The notes below the pieces were generated by a model. That model did no database searches. It was not told the origin of the DNA and saw only the letters and a list, made by a program, of their open reading frames with translations. DNA of 64,000 bases, from contig CBDCWG010000012.1 in assembly GCA_965223345.1 (NCBI GenBank), positions 2,272,001-2,336,000 of the forward strand. The letters run 5' to 3'. Position numbers and translations under genes: made by a program. Origin of the DNA: Nitrospinales bacterium (GTDB lineage: Bacteria > Nitrospinota > Nitrospinia > Nitrospinales > VA-1). Positions 1 through 8,783 of this stretch are shown one piece after another. Positions within the stretch are counted from its first letter, which is position 1, and each line of letters opens with the position of its first letter.

Positions 1-523
1 CGGGAAACGCCGTGCCGGTGAAGTGAACGCCCGCCGCCGCGAGCAGGACCCCGGCATTGCCGATGACATCGTTTCTCGAGCACAGCCAGACCGACTGCAT
101 GTTGAGGTTGTCGTCGCGGTGCGGCGTCAGCAGGTACAGGCAGAACGCGTTGACCGCCAGCGCCAGCAGGCCGACCCCCGCCATGATCGCATCTGTGGGC
201 ATGCTCCCGTGCAGCAGCTTGAAGAACACCTGCACGAGCACGCCCAACCCGAATGCGGCCTGAATGAGGCCCTTGAGAAGCGCCGCGCCGGACTGCCACA
301 GCGCGCTGCGGGCCAGCGCGTACAGGCTGATGCTGTAGGTCAGGGCATCGCCCAGCATATCGAGAGAATCGGCCAACAGGGCGGAAGAATCCGCGCGCAG
401 CCCGGCGATGAACTCCAGGAAAAACATGAACACGTTGACGCACAACACCCACAGCAGCACACGCCGGTGTTTTTCCTGCAGGGGATGGGGCTCGTTCGGG
501 CTGATATCGCAGCATCCGCTCAT
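1..523 (-). CDS. Cation diffusion facilitator (CDF/CzcD-like) Co/Zn/Cd efflux protein, 3' end runs off the window
   Basis: Not in the ORF track. Manual translation from ATG at 523 gives MSGCCDISPNEPHPLQEKHRRVLLWVLCVNVFMFFLEFIAGLRADSSALLADSLDMLGDA...NMQSVWLCSRNDVIGN. The SsALLADslDmlgD and WLCSRND motifs are typical of short CDF transporters. GGAG RBS upstream. Confidence 0.85.
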   Translation of the reverse strand, partial: MSGCCDISPNEPHPLQEKHRRVLLWVLCVNVFMFFLEFIAGLRADSSALLADSLDMLGDALTYSISLYALARSALWQSGAALLKGLIQAAFGLGVLVQVFFKLLHGSMPTDAIMAGVGLLALAVNAFCLYLLTPHRDDNLNMQSVWLCSRNDVIGNAGVLLAAAGVHFTGTAFP

Positions 524-837
524 GGGGTCTCCACATTCGTTGGTCACATTCTAGCAAGGGATGGCAACGCCGGGGAAATGCAAGTTGGGAGAGCGCGGAT
601 TCCGTGAGAGACCTCGGGGGTTGCCGGAGTTGCAGGGCAGGGGGGCGATTCCGGCTCAATGCTGTCGCTGTCGGGAGGGATTTTTTTAGCGTTCCGATGG
701 GGGTTCGCCGCATCCGGTGGGGCAGAATCGCGGAATTTCCGCCGGTTAGGGCGCGGGGCCCGGAACGGGTGTTCGCGGGCTGCCGCTCCCTTGTTTTTTA
801 TCCATATTCTAAGGATTTGCGGGGAACAGAATTCGGG

Positions 838-866
838 TTGACAAAGTTACATTAGCAGTTTAAATA
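838..866 (+). promoter_or_regulatory. Possible sigma70 promoter upstream of cheY
   Basis: TTGACA at 838-843 followed 16-17 nt later by AT-rich TTAAAT/TAAATA. The -10 element is imperfect. Confidence 0.4.
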
Positions 867-1030
867 TATAGTTATAGGGTAAATAAATTGTTAAGAACCA
901 ATGGGTTATGGGGTGGGTGTCTCAGCGGCCCTGTTTCCCACAGATGTGGTTTTGTGGCTGAAACGCATCCTGCCGGGTTCGCGAAAATGCAATGTTCCAA
1001 TCCTTAACTATTCAACAGGGGGTTTGAGTT

Positions 1031-1408
1031 ATGAGCTACGATGGAAAAAAGGTTTTGGTTGTGGATGATTCTTCCGTCATGCGGCAGATCATCAAAAAGA
1101 ATTTGAAAGAACTCGGCTTCGGCGACATCACCGATGCGGAAGACGGAGCGGCCGGCCTGAAGAAACTGGGGGAAGGCTCCATCGACCTGGTGGTTTCGGA
1201 CTGGAACATGCCCAAGATGACGGGGATCGAATTTTTAAAAGCCGTGCGTGCGGACGCCAATCTCAAAGGCACCAATTTCCTCATGGTGACCTCGGAAGCC
1301 GACAAGGAAAAAATCATGGAAGCGGTGGAAGCCGGTGTGAACCAGTACATTGTGAAACCCTTCAACGCCAATCAGCTGGAAGAAAAGATCCAGGCCATCT
1401 TCAAATAA
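1031..1408 (+). CDS. cheY: Chemotaxis response regulator CheY
   Basis: Single receiver domain: VLVVDD, SDWNMP phospho-Asp, MVT, YIVKPF. Adjacent to cheX and cheA. Confidence 0.95.
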   Translation: MSYDGKKVLVVDDSSVMRQIIKKNLKELGFGDITDAEDGAAGLKKLGEGSIDLVVSDWNMPKMTGIEFLKAVRADANLKGTNFLMVTSEADKEKIMEAVEAGVNQYIVKPFNANQLEEKIQAIFK

Positions 1409-1615
1409 GCGGGGGGCTGGATCGGGTATTCTTTGAGCCGGGGGTGTTGGCGGGTGAGACGCAAGCGGTTTGCGCCTTTCCTCCAATCTCCCTCCTGGCG
1501 GGTTTTCCCGAGTGGGGAACCCGGTCTTCCTGCCCGGATTGTCAGTGATCCCTCCGGTTACTTGTGAGCCGTTGAAAGCAGACCTTTTTTCAATGGTTCC
1601 GGGGATTATCGGCAT

Positions 1616-1657
1616 TGTAAATTTACATTGACTGTTCTTAAAAAAATAATTTATAAT
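1616..1657 (+). promoter_or_regulatory. Palindromic site TGTAAATTTACA abutting a sigma70-like promoter (TTGACT-N18-TATAAT) upstream of cheX-cheA-cheW
   Basis: Perfect 12-bp palindrome at 1616-1627, TTGACT at 1628-1633, TATAAT at 1652-1657. Confidence 0.6.
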
Positions 1658-1752
1658 TGAAATATCAGTGGTTATCAGCTTTTTCATCGTAAAAAGTTGG
1701 ATCGAGGATATTTTCAGATGAGCAAACGAGACCGTAACCAAACGGGGATGCC

Positions 1753-2271
1753 ATGAAAGCTACGGAAATGATGGGTAAGGAAATGCCTGCGATTATCACC
1801 AATTGCGTCAAAGATTCGGTCTCCTCGATCTTTGGAACCATCATTGGTGCGACTCCGGAATTCGACGGAGACGATGAAAGCAGAAATGTCGGTGACGGGG
1901 TGGTCGGGATCATTTCCTTCGTGGGGGATGTCTCCTGGCTGTTGATGCTAGCTCTGCCCAAGCAGTCGGCCTGCAACATCGCCTCCGGCTTTTGCGGGTT
2001 TGAGATCGACTACGACAGCCCCGACATGGGAGACGTGGTCGGCGAACTCGCCAATGTGTTGGCCGGAGACATCGTGGCCCGTCTCGCCCAGGAGGAACTC
2101 AAGGTGGCCATGTCTTTGCCGACGATCATGCGCGGCAAGGACGTCGAACCGCTGCTGCCCCGGGGGCTTCCGCACAAGAAAATGCATTACACCATGGAGC
2201 AGGGCGAATTCATGATCAAACTGGCCGTCGCCGGTCAGGACGACGGTATCGGGCGCAAACCCGGAACCTGA
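1753..2271 (+). CDS. cheX: Chemotaxis phosphatase CheX
   Basis: GIISFVGD and D-x-VGELANVLAG (E-x2-N phosphatase motif), SLPTI. Located in the che cluster. Confidence 0.9.
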   Translation: MKATEMMGKEMPAIITNCVKDSVSSIFGTIIGATPEFDGDDESRNVGDGVVGIISFVGDVSWLLMLALPKQSACNIASGFCGFEIDYDSPDMGDVVGELANVLAGDIVARLAQEELKVAMSLPTIMRGKDVEPLLPRGLPHKKMHYTMEQGEFMIKLAVAGQDDGIGRKPGT

Positions 2272-2399
2272 TTCGCTTTATACGCAATGTGAAACGATGG
2301 AACCGGTCTTGATTGTTGCATGCTGAAACTCCCGCGGTTTTCCCTCCCTTCGTTGAGAAAGACAGATCCCTGGCACCGCGATGAGGGGCGGAAACCGGA

Positions 2400-5153
2400 A
2401 TGAAAAAGGACGCGAACCCCAGTCCCGATCCGAGCCCGAATGCGGATGCTTCGCCGGTCGCCCCGGACATGACGCCCGATGCGGCGCTGACGGGCGGGCC
2501 GACATCCGATTCTTCCCGAGAGGACACCGACGGTATGGATGAAGTCATCAATGAATTTCTCGTTGAAAGTTATGAAAACCTGGATCAGCTGGATCAGGAC
2601 CTGGTCGATCTGGAGCAGAACCCCACCGAAAAAAGCCTTCTTGCCAGTATTTTCCGCACCATTCACACCATAAAAGGCACCTGCGGTTTCATCGGTTTTT
2701 CCAAGCTGGAATCGGTGGCGCACGTGGGCGAGAACCTGCTGAGCAAGCTGCGGGACGGCGAGTTGACGCTGAATCCGCCCATCACCAGCGCGTTGCTGGC
2801 GATGGTGGACGCGATCCGGCAGATCCTTTCCTGCATCGAAAGCAGCCAGAACGAAGGCGACGTGGACTATTCGGAATTGATCGGAACGTTGACCACCCTG
2901 CATAAAGGCGAGAACGTCGAAGTGGTGGCCCCTCCGGTTGCAGAACCGGCCCCGGCCGCCGGGGAGAAAGCCGAGGTGCCCGCCCCGGTTGAAGCGGAAA
3001 CGTCGGTTTACGACAGCGTGGGCGGCGAGGACAAGGTCGCTTCGATCGCGGACGTGTTGTATTCGATGGTGCTGGCGGACTCGCGTATGAAAGATCTGTT
3101 CGACGGGGTGGCGCTGGGGCCGCTCAAAACCCTGCACCGGGAACTGTTCACCCACACGCTGGGCGGGTCCGGGGAATTTTCCCAGAAAAAATACGCCGAT
3201 TCGCACAAGTTTCTGATCGAGAAGGGGATGAGTGCGGAACAATTCGACGCGCTGGTGGAAAACATCGGGGCGACTCTGAAGGTCATGGAGATTCCGCAGG
3301 AGGCGATCCAGAAGACGGTGGATACGGTCGCTCCCGTCCGGGACGAACTGTGGCCGCCCGCTGCCGAAGCGGAACCGGCTGCTGAAGTCGAGTTGGTCGC
3401 TGAGACAGCGGAGACATCCGTGCAGAATACGGAAAGCGCGGAGACGGCGGCGGCTCCGCGTCAGGACAGGGCGGTTGCGGAGGCCAGCATCCGTGTGGAC
3501 GTGGACCTTCTGGATCGTCTGATGAATCTGGTGGGAGAGCTGGTGCTCGCCCGCAACCAGATCCTGCAGTTCACGCCGCGTGAGCAGGATTCTACGTTTT
3601 CCGCCACCACACAGCATCTCAACCTGGTGACCACCGAGCTGCAGGAAGGGGTCATGAAGACCCGCATGCAGCCGATCGGCAATATCTGGAATAAATTCCC
3701 GCGCGTGGTGCGGGACCTCGCCATATCCTGCGGCAAAAAAGTGCGGCTCGAGATGGAGGGCAAGGAAACCGAACTGGACAAGACCCTGATCGAGGCGATC
3801 AAGGATCCGCTCACCCACATCGTGCGCAATTCGGTGGATCATGGCATCGAAGCGCCGGATGTGCGCAAGGCCGCCGGTAAAGACGAAGAAGGCGTGCTGA
3901 AACTGCGTGCGTATCACGAGGGCGGTCAGGTCAACGTCGAGATCATCGACGACGGCGGCGGGATCGATCCGGAAAAGCTGAAGAAAAAGGCCATCGAGAA
4001 AAACGTCATCTCCGCCGAAAAAGCGGCACGGATGAAAGACCGCGAGGTGATCAATCTGATCTTTGCCGCCGGTTTTTCCACCGCCGCCAAGGTGACCAAC
4101 GTGTCCGGCCGCGGCGTCGGCATGGACGTGGTGAAGACGAACATCGAGAAGATCGGCGGCACGGTCGATATCCAGAGCCAGAAGGGGCAGGGCACCACCC
4201 TGAAGGTGAAGATCCCGCTGACTCTGGCCATCATTCCGGCGCTCACGGTGATGACCGGCGGCGACCGCTATGCCATTCCTCAGGTGAACCTGCTGGAGCT
4301 GGTGCGGCTGGACGGACAGGATGCGCAAAACGCCGTGGAAATGATCAAAGGAACCCCGGTGTACCGGCTGCGCGGCAACCTGCTGCCGCTGGTTTACCTC
4401 AACGAGCAGCTCAAGGTGGAGAAAAAGGATGAGAACGACGCGGTGAACATCGTGGTTCTGCAGGCGGACGACCGGCAGTTCGGTCTCGTCGTCGAGGGGG
4501 TCAACGATACGGAGGAAATCGTTGTCAAGCCGCTCGGCAAGCAGATGAAAGACATCCCCGCCTTTGCCGGGGCCACGATCATGGGCGACGGCAAGGTGGC
4601 CCTGATCCTGGATGTGATGGGGCTGGCCCAGGCCGCGCGCGTGGTCTCGGAATCCCACGAGCGGGCCATGGACGACTCAAAGGAAAAATCCCGTCAGAGC
4701 AACAACGAGCGGCATTCCTACCTCATTTTCGGTCTGGGAGAGGACGGCAGAATGGCCATCCCGCTTTCCATCGTGGCGCGCCTGGAGGAATTCCACCGCA
4801 AGGATGTGGAATATTCCGGGGAGCAGGAAGTGGTGCAGTACCGGGGCGAGATCATGCCTCTGATTTTCCTGTCCCGGGTTTTTGACGAAAACGCTACAAC
4901 CAGCATCGCGGAACAGAAGGAAACGATGCAGGCTGTGGTTTACACCCATCAGGGCAAGAGTGTGGCCCTGGTCGCCGACCGGATTGTGGACATCGTGGAG
5001 GAGACGGTGACCGTCAAGCGGGATTCCCGCCGGCACGGAACGGTGGGAACCGTGGTGCTGCAGGGCAAGGTCACGGACCTGCTGGATGCGGAAGGGATCG
5101 TCAAGCAAAGCGATCCTACCTTTTACGAAGAATCTTCAATGATTCCTGCTTAG
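2400..5153 (+). CDS. cheA: Chemotaxis histidine kinase CheA: Hpt, truncated globin, dimerisation, HATPase and two CheW domains
   Basis: Hpt FRTIHTIKG, P3 SIRVDVDLLDRLMNLVGELV, P4 DPLTHIVRNSVDHG / DDGGG / GFST / GRGVGMDVV, and two CheW-like domains. An alternative start at ATG 2535 (MDEVINEFL) has a GAGGA RBS. Confidence 0.95.
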   Translation: MKKDANPSPDPSPNADASPVAPDMTPDAALTGGPTSDSSREDTDGMDEVINEFLVESYENLDQLDQDLVDLEQNPTEKSLLASIFRTIHTIKGTCGFIGFSKLESVAHVGENLLSKLRDGELTLNPPITSALLAMVDAIRQILSCIESSQNEGDVDYSELIGTLTTLHKGENVEVVAPPVAEPAPAAGEKAEVPAPVEAETSVYDSVGGEDKVASIADVLYSMVLADSRMKDLFDGVALGPLKTLHRELFTHTLGGSGEFSQKKYADSHKFLIEKGMSAEQFDALVENIGATLKVMEIPQEAIQKTVDTVAPVRDELWPPAAEAEPAAEVELVAETAETSVQNTESAETAAAPRQDRAVAEASIRVDVDLLDRLMNLVGELVLARNQILQFTPREQDSTFSATTQHLNLVTTELQEGVMKTRMQPIGNIWNKFPRVVRDLAISCGKKVRLEMEGKETELDKTLIEAIKDPLTHIVRNSVDHGIEAPDVRKAAGKDEEGVLKLRAYHEGGQVNVEIIDDGGGIDPEKLKKKAIEKNVISAEKAARMKDREVINLIFAAGFSTAAKVTNVSGRGVGMDVVKTNIEKIGGTVDIQSQKGQGTTLKVKIPLTLAIIPALTVMTGGDRYAIPQVNLLELVRLDGQDAQNAVEMIKGTPVYRLRGNLLPLVYLNEQLKVEKKDENDAVNIVVLQADDRQFGLVVEGVNDTEEIVVKPLGKQMKDIPAFAGATIMGDGKVALILDVMGLAQAARVVSESHERAMDDSKEKSRQSNNERHSYLIFGLGEDGRMAIPLSIVARLEEFHRKDVEYSGEQEVVQYRGEIMPLIFLSRVFDENATTSIAEQKETMQAVVYTHQGKSVALVADRIVDIVEETVTVKRDSRRHGTVGTVVLQGKVTDLLDAEGIVKQSDPTFYEESSMIPA
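3003..3350 (+). other. Group-1 (2/2) truncated haemoglobin domain embedded in CheA
   Basis: SVYDSVGG...LYSMVLAD...LF...LGG...SH: both Gly-Gly motifs, B10 Tyr, CD1 Phe and proximal F8 His (codon 3204-3206) fall in trHbN register. Flanked by Pro/Ala/Glu linkers. Confidence 0.85.
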
Positions 5154-5169
5154 AATAGGAAACCGATTC

Positions 5170-5652
5170 ATGGCGGACACCAAACAATTCTGTACGTTTT
5201 ATCTGGGCGACCTGTTTTTCGGCGTGGAAGTGGAAAAAATCCAGGAGGTCTTCCGGTATCAGGAAATGACGCGGGTGCCTCTGGCGCCGCCGATGGTGCG
5301 GGGGATGATCAACCTGCGCGGCCAGATCATCACCGCCGTCGATCTGCGCTGCCGGCTCGGCATGGAAAGCTGGCCGGAAGACAAACTGCCGATGAACGTG
5401 GTGGTCCGCACGGAAGAGGGAGTCGTCTGCCTGCTGGTCGATGAAATCGGCGACGTCCTGGAAGTTCCCGGGGACAAGCACGAACTGCCGCCGGACACCA
5501 TGGATGCGGTGACGCGGGATCTGGTTCTGGGAGTTTACAAACTGGAAGGGAGTCTGCTGCTCATCCTGGACACGAAAAAAGCGGTGCATGTGGAGTATGG
5601 CGACGTCATGAGCAGTACGCAGCAAGTGGCGGCTGTGGGCGACGAAGCCTGA
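5170..5652 (+). CDS. cheW: Chemotaxis adaptor CheW
   Basis: QFCTF...FGV...IQEV...TRVPLAP...GMINLRGQIITAVDLR...LLVDEIGDV. Confidence 0.95.
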   Translation: MADTKQFCTFYLGDLFFGVEVEKIQEVFRYQEMTRVPLAPPMVRGMINLRGQIITAVDLRCRLGMESWPEDKLPMNVVVRTEEGVVCLLVDEIGDVLEVPGDKHELPPDTMDAVTRDLVLGVYKLEGSLLLILDTKKAVHVEYGDVMSSTQQVAAVGDEA

Positions 5653-5684
5653 TCGAGTCGAAACCGTTTTGCAACCGTTGAGCC

Positions 5685-5714
5685 CATTCCCCGGCGCTGC
5701 GCCGAAGGGGAATG
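5685..5714. terminator. Hairpin between convergent cheW and cheB
   Basis: CATTCCCC...GGGGAATG inverted repeat with an inner GGCG/CGCC stem. No clear U-tract. Confidence 0.5.
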
Positions 5715-5718
5715 AGGT

Positions 5719-6813
5719 CTACCTGCCTGTCTGCAGTTCGCGGAGAATCTCAGTCCCGATCTGATTCAGGGGAAGCACCTTGTCCGCCAGACCTTCTTTG
5801 GCGACGAATCCCGGCATTCCCCAAACGACCGAACTTTCCTCGTCCTGAACGATGACCCGGCCGCCGGCGCTTTTGATGTGCTCGCAGCCGATCAGGCCGT
5901 CCTGTCCCATTCCTGTCAGGATCACCGCCAGCACATTGGGGCCGTAATGCTCGGCAACGCTGCGAAACAGCACGTCCACCGCCGGACGGCAGGAGTTTTC
6001 AGGCGGGGCCTGGTTGAGCTGGATGTCCATTCCGGTGCCGTTTTTTTCCAGAACCATGTGGTAGTCGCCGGGAGCGATCCAGGCCGCACCGGGTTTCAGA
6101 CGGTTGCCGGCCGCCCCTTCCTCGACCACGAGCTTGGACTGCGTGGTCAAACGCTCGGCCAAAAGCTTGGTGAAAAACGGCGGCATGTGCTGGACCATCA
6201 CGATGGGAACGGGCAGATCCTTGGGAAACACCGGAAACAGCTCGGCCAGAGCGTTGGGGCCTCCCGTGGACACGCCGATGGCGAGGACATCGATCCGCAC
6301 CTTTTTGGCCGGAATTTTGGGAGGCTGGATGACGGATTTGGCCGCTGCCTTGGCTTTGGGCGCGGCTGCGGGTTTGGCGTTCACAGGCGGCTTGAGGCCC
6401 ACCTTTTTCGCGCAGAAAACCTTGACCTTGGGGATGAGTTCGTCGCGTACCCGCTGCATGGCCACCGAAACGCTGCCGACATTGGCGGGTTTGGTGACGT
6501 AGTCGGTGGCGCCGAGAGCCAGGGCTTCCAGGGTTTTCGCCCCGCCCCGCTCGGTGAGGGTGCTGAACATGATGACCGGCAGCGTGGGGTAGATCTTGCG
6601 GATTTCGGCCAGGGTCTGCAGGCCGTCCATCTCCGGCATTTCGATGTCCAGGGTCACGATGTCCGGGTTGATCTGCGGGATTTTGGCCAGGGCGATGCGG
6701 CCGTTGGCGGCCACGCCTGCAACCTCAATCTCCGGGTCTCCCTGCAGACAATCGGTGACGATTTTACGGACGACCACCGCATCGTCCACCACCAGCACAC
6801 GGATTTTAGTCAT
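5719..6813 (-). CDS. cheB: Chemotaxis methylesterase response regulator CheB
   Basis: Receiver domain (VVDD, TLDIEMP) plus the methylesterase triad GVSTGG, VQHMP, GMGQDG. Confidence 0.96.
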   Translation of the reverse strand: MTKIRVLVVDDAVVVRKIVTDCLQGDPEIEVAGVAANGRIALAKIPQINPDIVTLDIEMPEMDGLQTLAEIRKIYPTLPVIMFSTLTERGGAKTLEALALGATDYVTKPANVGSVSVAMQRVRDELIPKVKVFCAKKVGLKPPVNAKPAAAPKAKAAAKSVIQPPKIPAKKVRIDVLAIGVSTGGPNALAELFPVFPKDLPVPIVMVQHMPPFFTKLLAERLTTQSKLVVEEGAAGNRLKPGAAWIAPGDYHMVLEKNGTGMDIQLNQAPPENSCRPAVDVLFRSVAEHYGPNVLAVILTGMGQDGLIGCEHIKSAGGRVIVQDEESSVVWGMPGFVAKEGLADKVLPLNQIGTEILRELQTGR

Positions 6814-7078
6814 AAATGGATTCGCGGGACCCCGATTCCCCCATTCGGGGTAGGGGTTGATTGACAGTTTGATGTAAATCTAATATTGAGCTAACAATAT
6901 CAAATATTTATAACTTATCCTTCATTCTAAGATAACGTAAATCTATGAAATTTTCCACTTTATTTTCCGGTGCCAAAGGCCGCGTTCGGCTTGAGAAATC
7001 CCACCTTTACAGGTAGAGTGAGCGCAAACGGACCGGCGGTCGCCGCCGCCGTAAAAATGCAAAAGCCGCGGAAATACA

Positions 7079-7345
7079 ATGGTGAAGCTGATCAACAAAA
7101 ACGGCCTGGAAATCGCGTGTCTGGCGAAACCGGTGATGGACGAGCTGATGCGCGGAACCGGGAGTGTGATGGCGGACAAGCTGTCCCTGTATCTGGAAAG
7201 CCCGACCTTCAACGAAAAATACATCGTCGTGGCCCGCTCCCCGGAGGAGCCGAACGGCGCGCCGGAGATGAAAAAATACAGCGCGGCCAATTTCAAGGAC
7301 GCGTGGGAACAGTTCCAGCTCTGGCTGGCGGATGTCAACGGATGA
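7079..7345 (+). CDS. Hypothetical protein (88 aa), divergent from cheB
   Basis: Compact ORF with genome-like GC3 codon usage and globular composition. No family recognised. Confidence 0.6.
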   Translation: MVKLINKNGLEIACLAKPVMDELMRGTGSVMADKLSLYLESPTFNEKYIVVARSPEEPNGAPEMKKYSAANFKDAWEQFQLWLADVNG

Positions 7346-7500
7346 GGTGTGCGGTTTCTTCTTTTTTCTGAACGGGATGCCGTGCGCGGGATCGATGAGA
7401 CAGGCGGCCGGCGGTTTCTTTCCTTGAATAATCGGGAGGCAGCGTTTATCTTTTATTTTTACAAAATACAAAAGCGCTGTTTCATTTTCAGGTTCGTGTG

Positions 7501-8025
7501 ATGGAAAACTGGTACATGTTGACCCTGGTTGGCAGGGACCGCCCGGGAATCGTCGCGCACATCAGCGGGGCGTTGTTCCAGGGCAACTGCAACCTGGGTG
7601 AGGCTTCGATGACCCGGCTGGGCGGCAACTTCTCGATCATGCTGATGGTCCGGTTCGACGGTTCGGAGACCGCGTTGGACGGAATCATCGCTCCGGTTTG
7701 CGAGAAATTCGATCTCAGGCATCACGTCGATGCGATCGACGGGGAATTGCACCGGCACCTGGATCCCAATGTGCGCATCAGCGTGCACGGCGCCGACCGC
7801 GCCGGGATCGTGGCGCAGGTGACCGGCAAGCTGGCAGAGTCCGGCCTCAATATACTCAATCTGGAATCGGATGTGGCGGGCACGGAAGACAACCCGATCT
7901 ACATCATGCACATCGAAGGGGTCGCTTCTGAAGGCGTGGAATCGTTGCAGGCCGCCCTCGACAGTCTGGACGCGGAACTGGAAGTGGACACGGAGATTGC
8001 GGAAATCGATATCCTGAGAGGTTGA
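7501..8025 (+). CDS. GcvR-like tandem ACT-domain protein
   Basis: Two ACT repeats: LTLVGRDRPGIVA...NLGEASM and ISVHGADRAGIVA...LNILNLES. Confidence 0.85.
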   Translation: MENWYMLTLVGRDRPGIVAHISGALFQGNCNLGEASMTRLGGNFSIMLMVRFDGSETALDGIIAPVCEKFDLRHHVDAIDGELHRHLDPNVRISVHGADRAGIVAQVTGKLAESGLNILNLESDVAGTEDNPIYIMHIEGVASEGVESLQAALDSLDAELEVDTEIAEIDILRG

Positions 8026-8028
8026 CCG

Positions 8029-8559
8029 ATGGCGGTTCTGAAAATTCTGGAGGTTCCCGATCCCCGGTTGAAGGAAATCTCGCAGCCGGTGGAGACAATC
8101 GACGATGCTCTGCGCGGTTTTATCGCCGACCTGGAAGAAACCATGCGGGCCGGTCCGGGGGCGATCGGCATCGCGGCCCCGCAGGTAGGAAGGCTCGACC
8201 GGATCGTGATCGTCGATCTGACGGGCAAGCCCAAAATCAAGAATCACGGCCGGTTGATCCTGATCAATCCTGTGATCACCTCGCACGAGGGCAACGTGGT
8301 GGGCCGGGAAGGCTGCCTTTCGGTGCCCGATTACACAGGCAACGTGGCGCGCTGGGAATTCATTGAATTGAAAGCTTTAGATGAGTTTGGCGTCGCGCAT
8401 GTGTATAATATGGAAGGCTTCGAGGCGCGGGTGGCCCAGCACGAAATGGACCATCTCGACGGGTATGTGTTTCTCGACCGGCTCGTGAGCCGAAGGGGCA
8501 GTCTGTTTCGCCGTAAAGTGTATAAAAAACCTGCACAAACCGGCGCGGAACCTTCCTGA
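8029..8559 (+). CDS. def: Peptide deformylase
   Basis: Motifs GIAAPQVG, EGCLS and QHEMDH. Confidence 0.95.
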   Translation: MAVLKILEVPDPRLKEISQPVETIDDALRGFIADLEETMRAGPGAIGIAAPQVGRLDRIVIVDLTGKPKIKNHGRLILINPVITSHEGNVVGREGCLSVPDYTGNVARWEFIELKALDEFGVAHVYNMEGFEARVAQHEMDHLDGYVFLDRLVSRRGSLFRRKVYKKPAQTGAEPS

Positions 8560-8783
8560 GGACCGCTCAAGGGTTTTCATTCGGGTTTGCGATGTCGGAG
8601 CCCCTCTCTTCATTGCGAAACCGGCAGGGGGCGCAAGCACAGCGTGTGATGGCGTTCATTCGATCGTCCACCCTTATTCCACCGCAGGAATTCTTCGGAT
8701 TCCCCATTCATTCCGCCATTTTGAAACTCCACACCCCTCATTGGAGACCCAAGCGCAAAGGCCCTGAGCGAAAGCGCGCGTCT

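Noticed and set aside
23..607. 194-aa plus-strand ORF
   Set aside because: Antisense shadow of the CDF transporter on the minus strand.
2400..2534. Pro/Asp-rich N-terminal extension of CheA as an extra domain
   Set aside because: Low complexity, and a start with a better RBS exists at 2535, so it may not be translated.
2235..4658. 807-aa minus-strand ORF and many similar long antisense ORFs (e.g. 13979-15478, 41716-43074, 50023-51219)
   Set aside because: Shadow frames opposite well-supported genes in GC-rich DNA, with no recognisable motifs.
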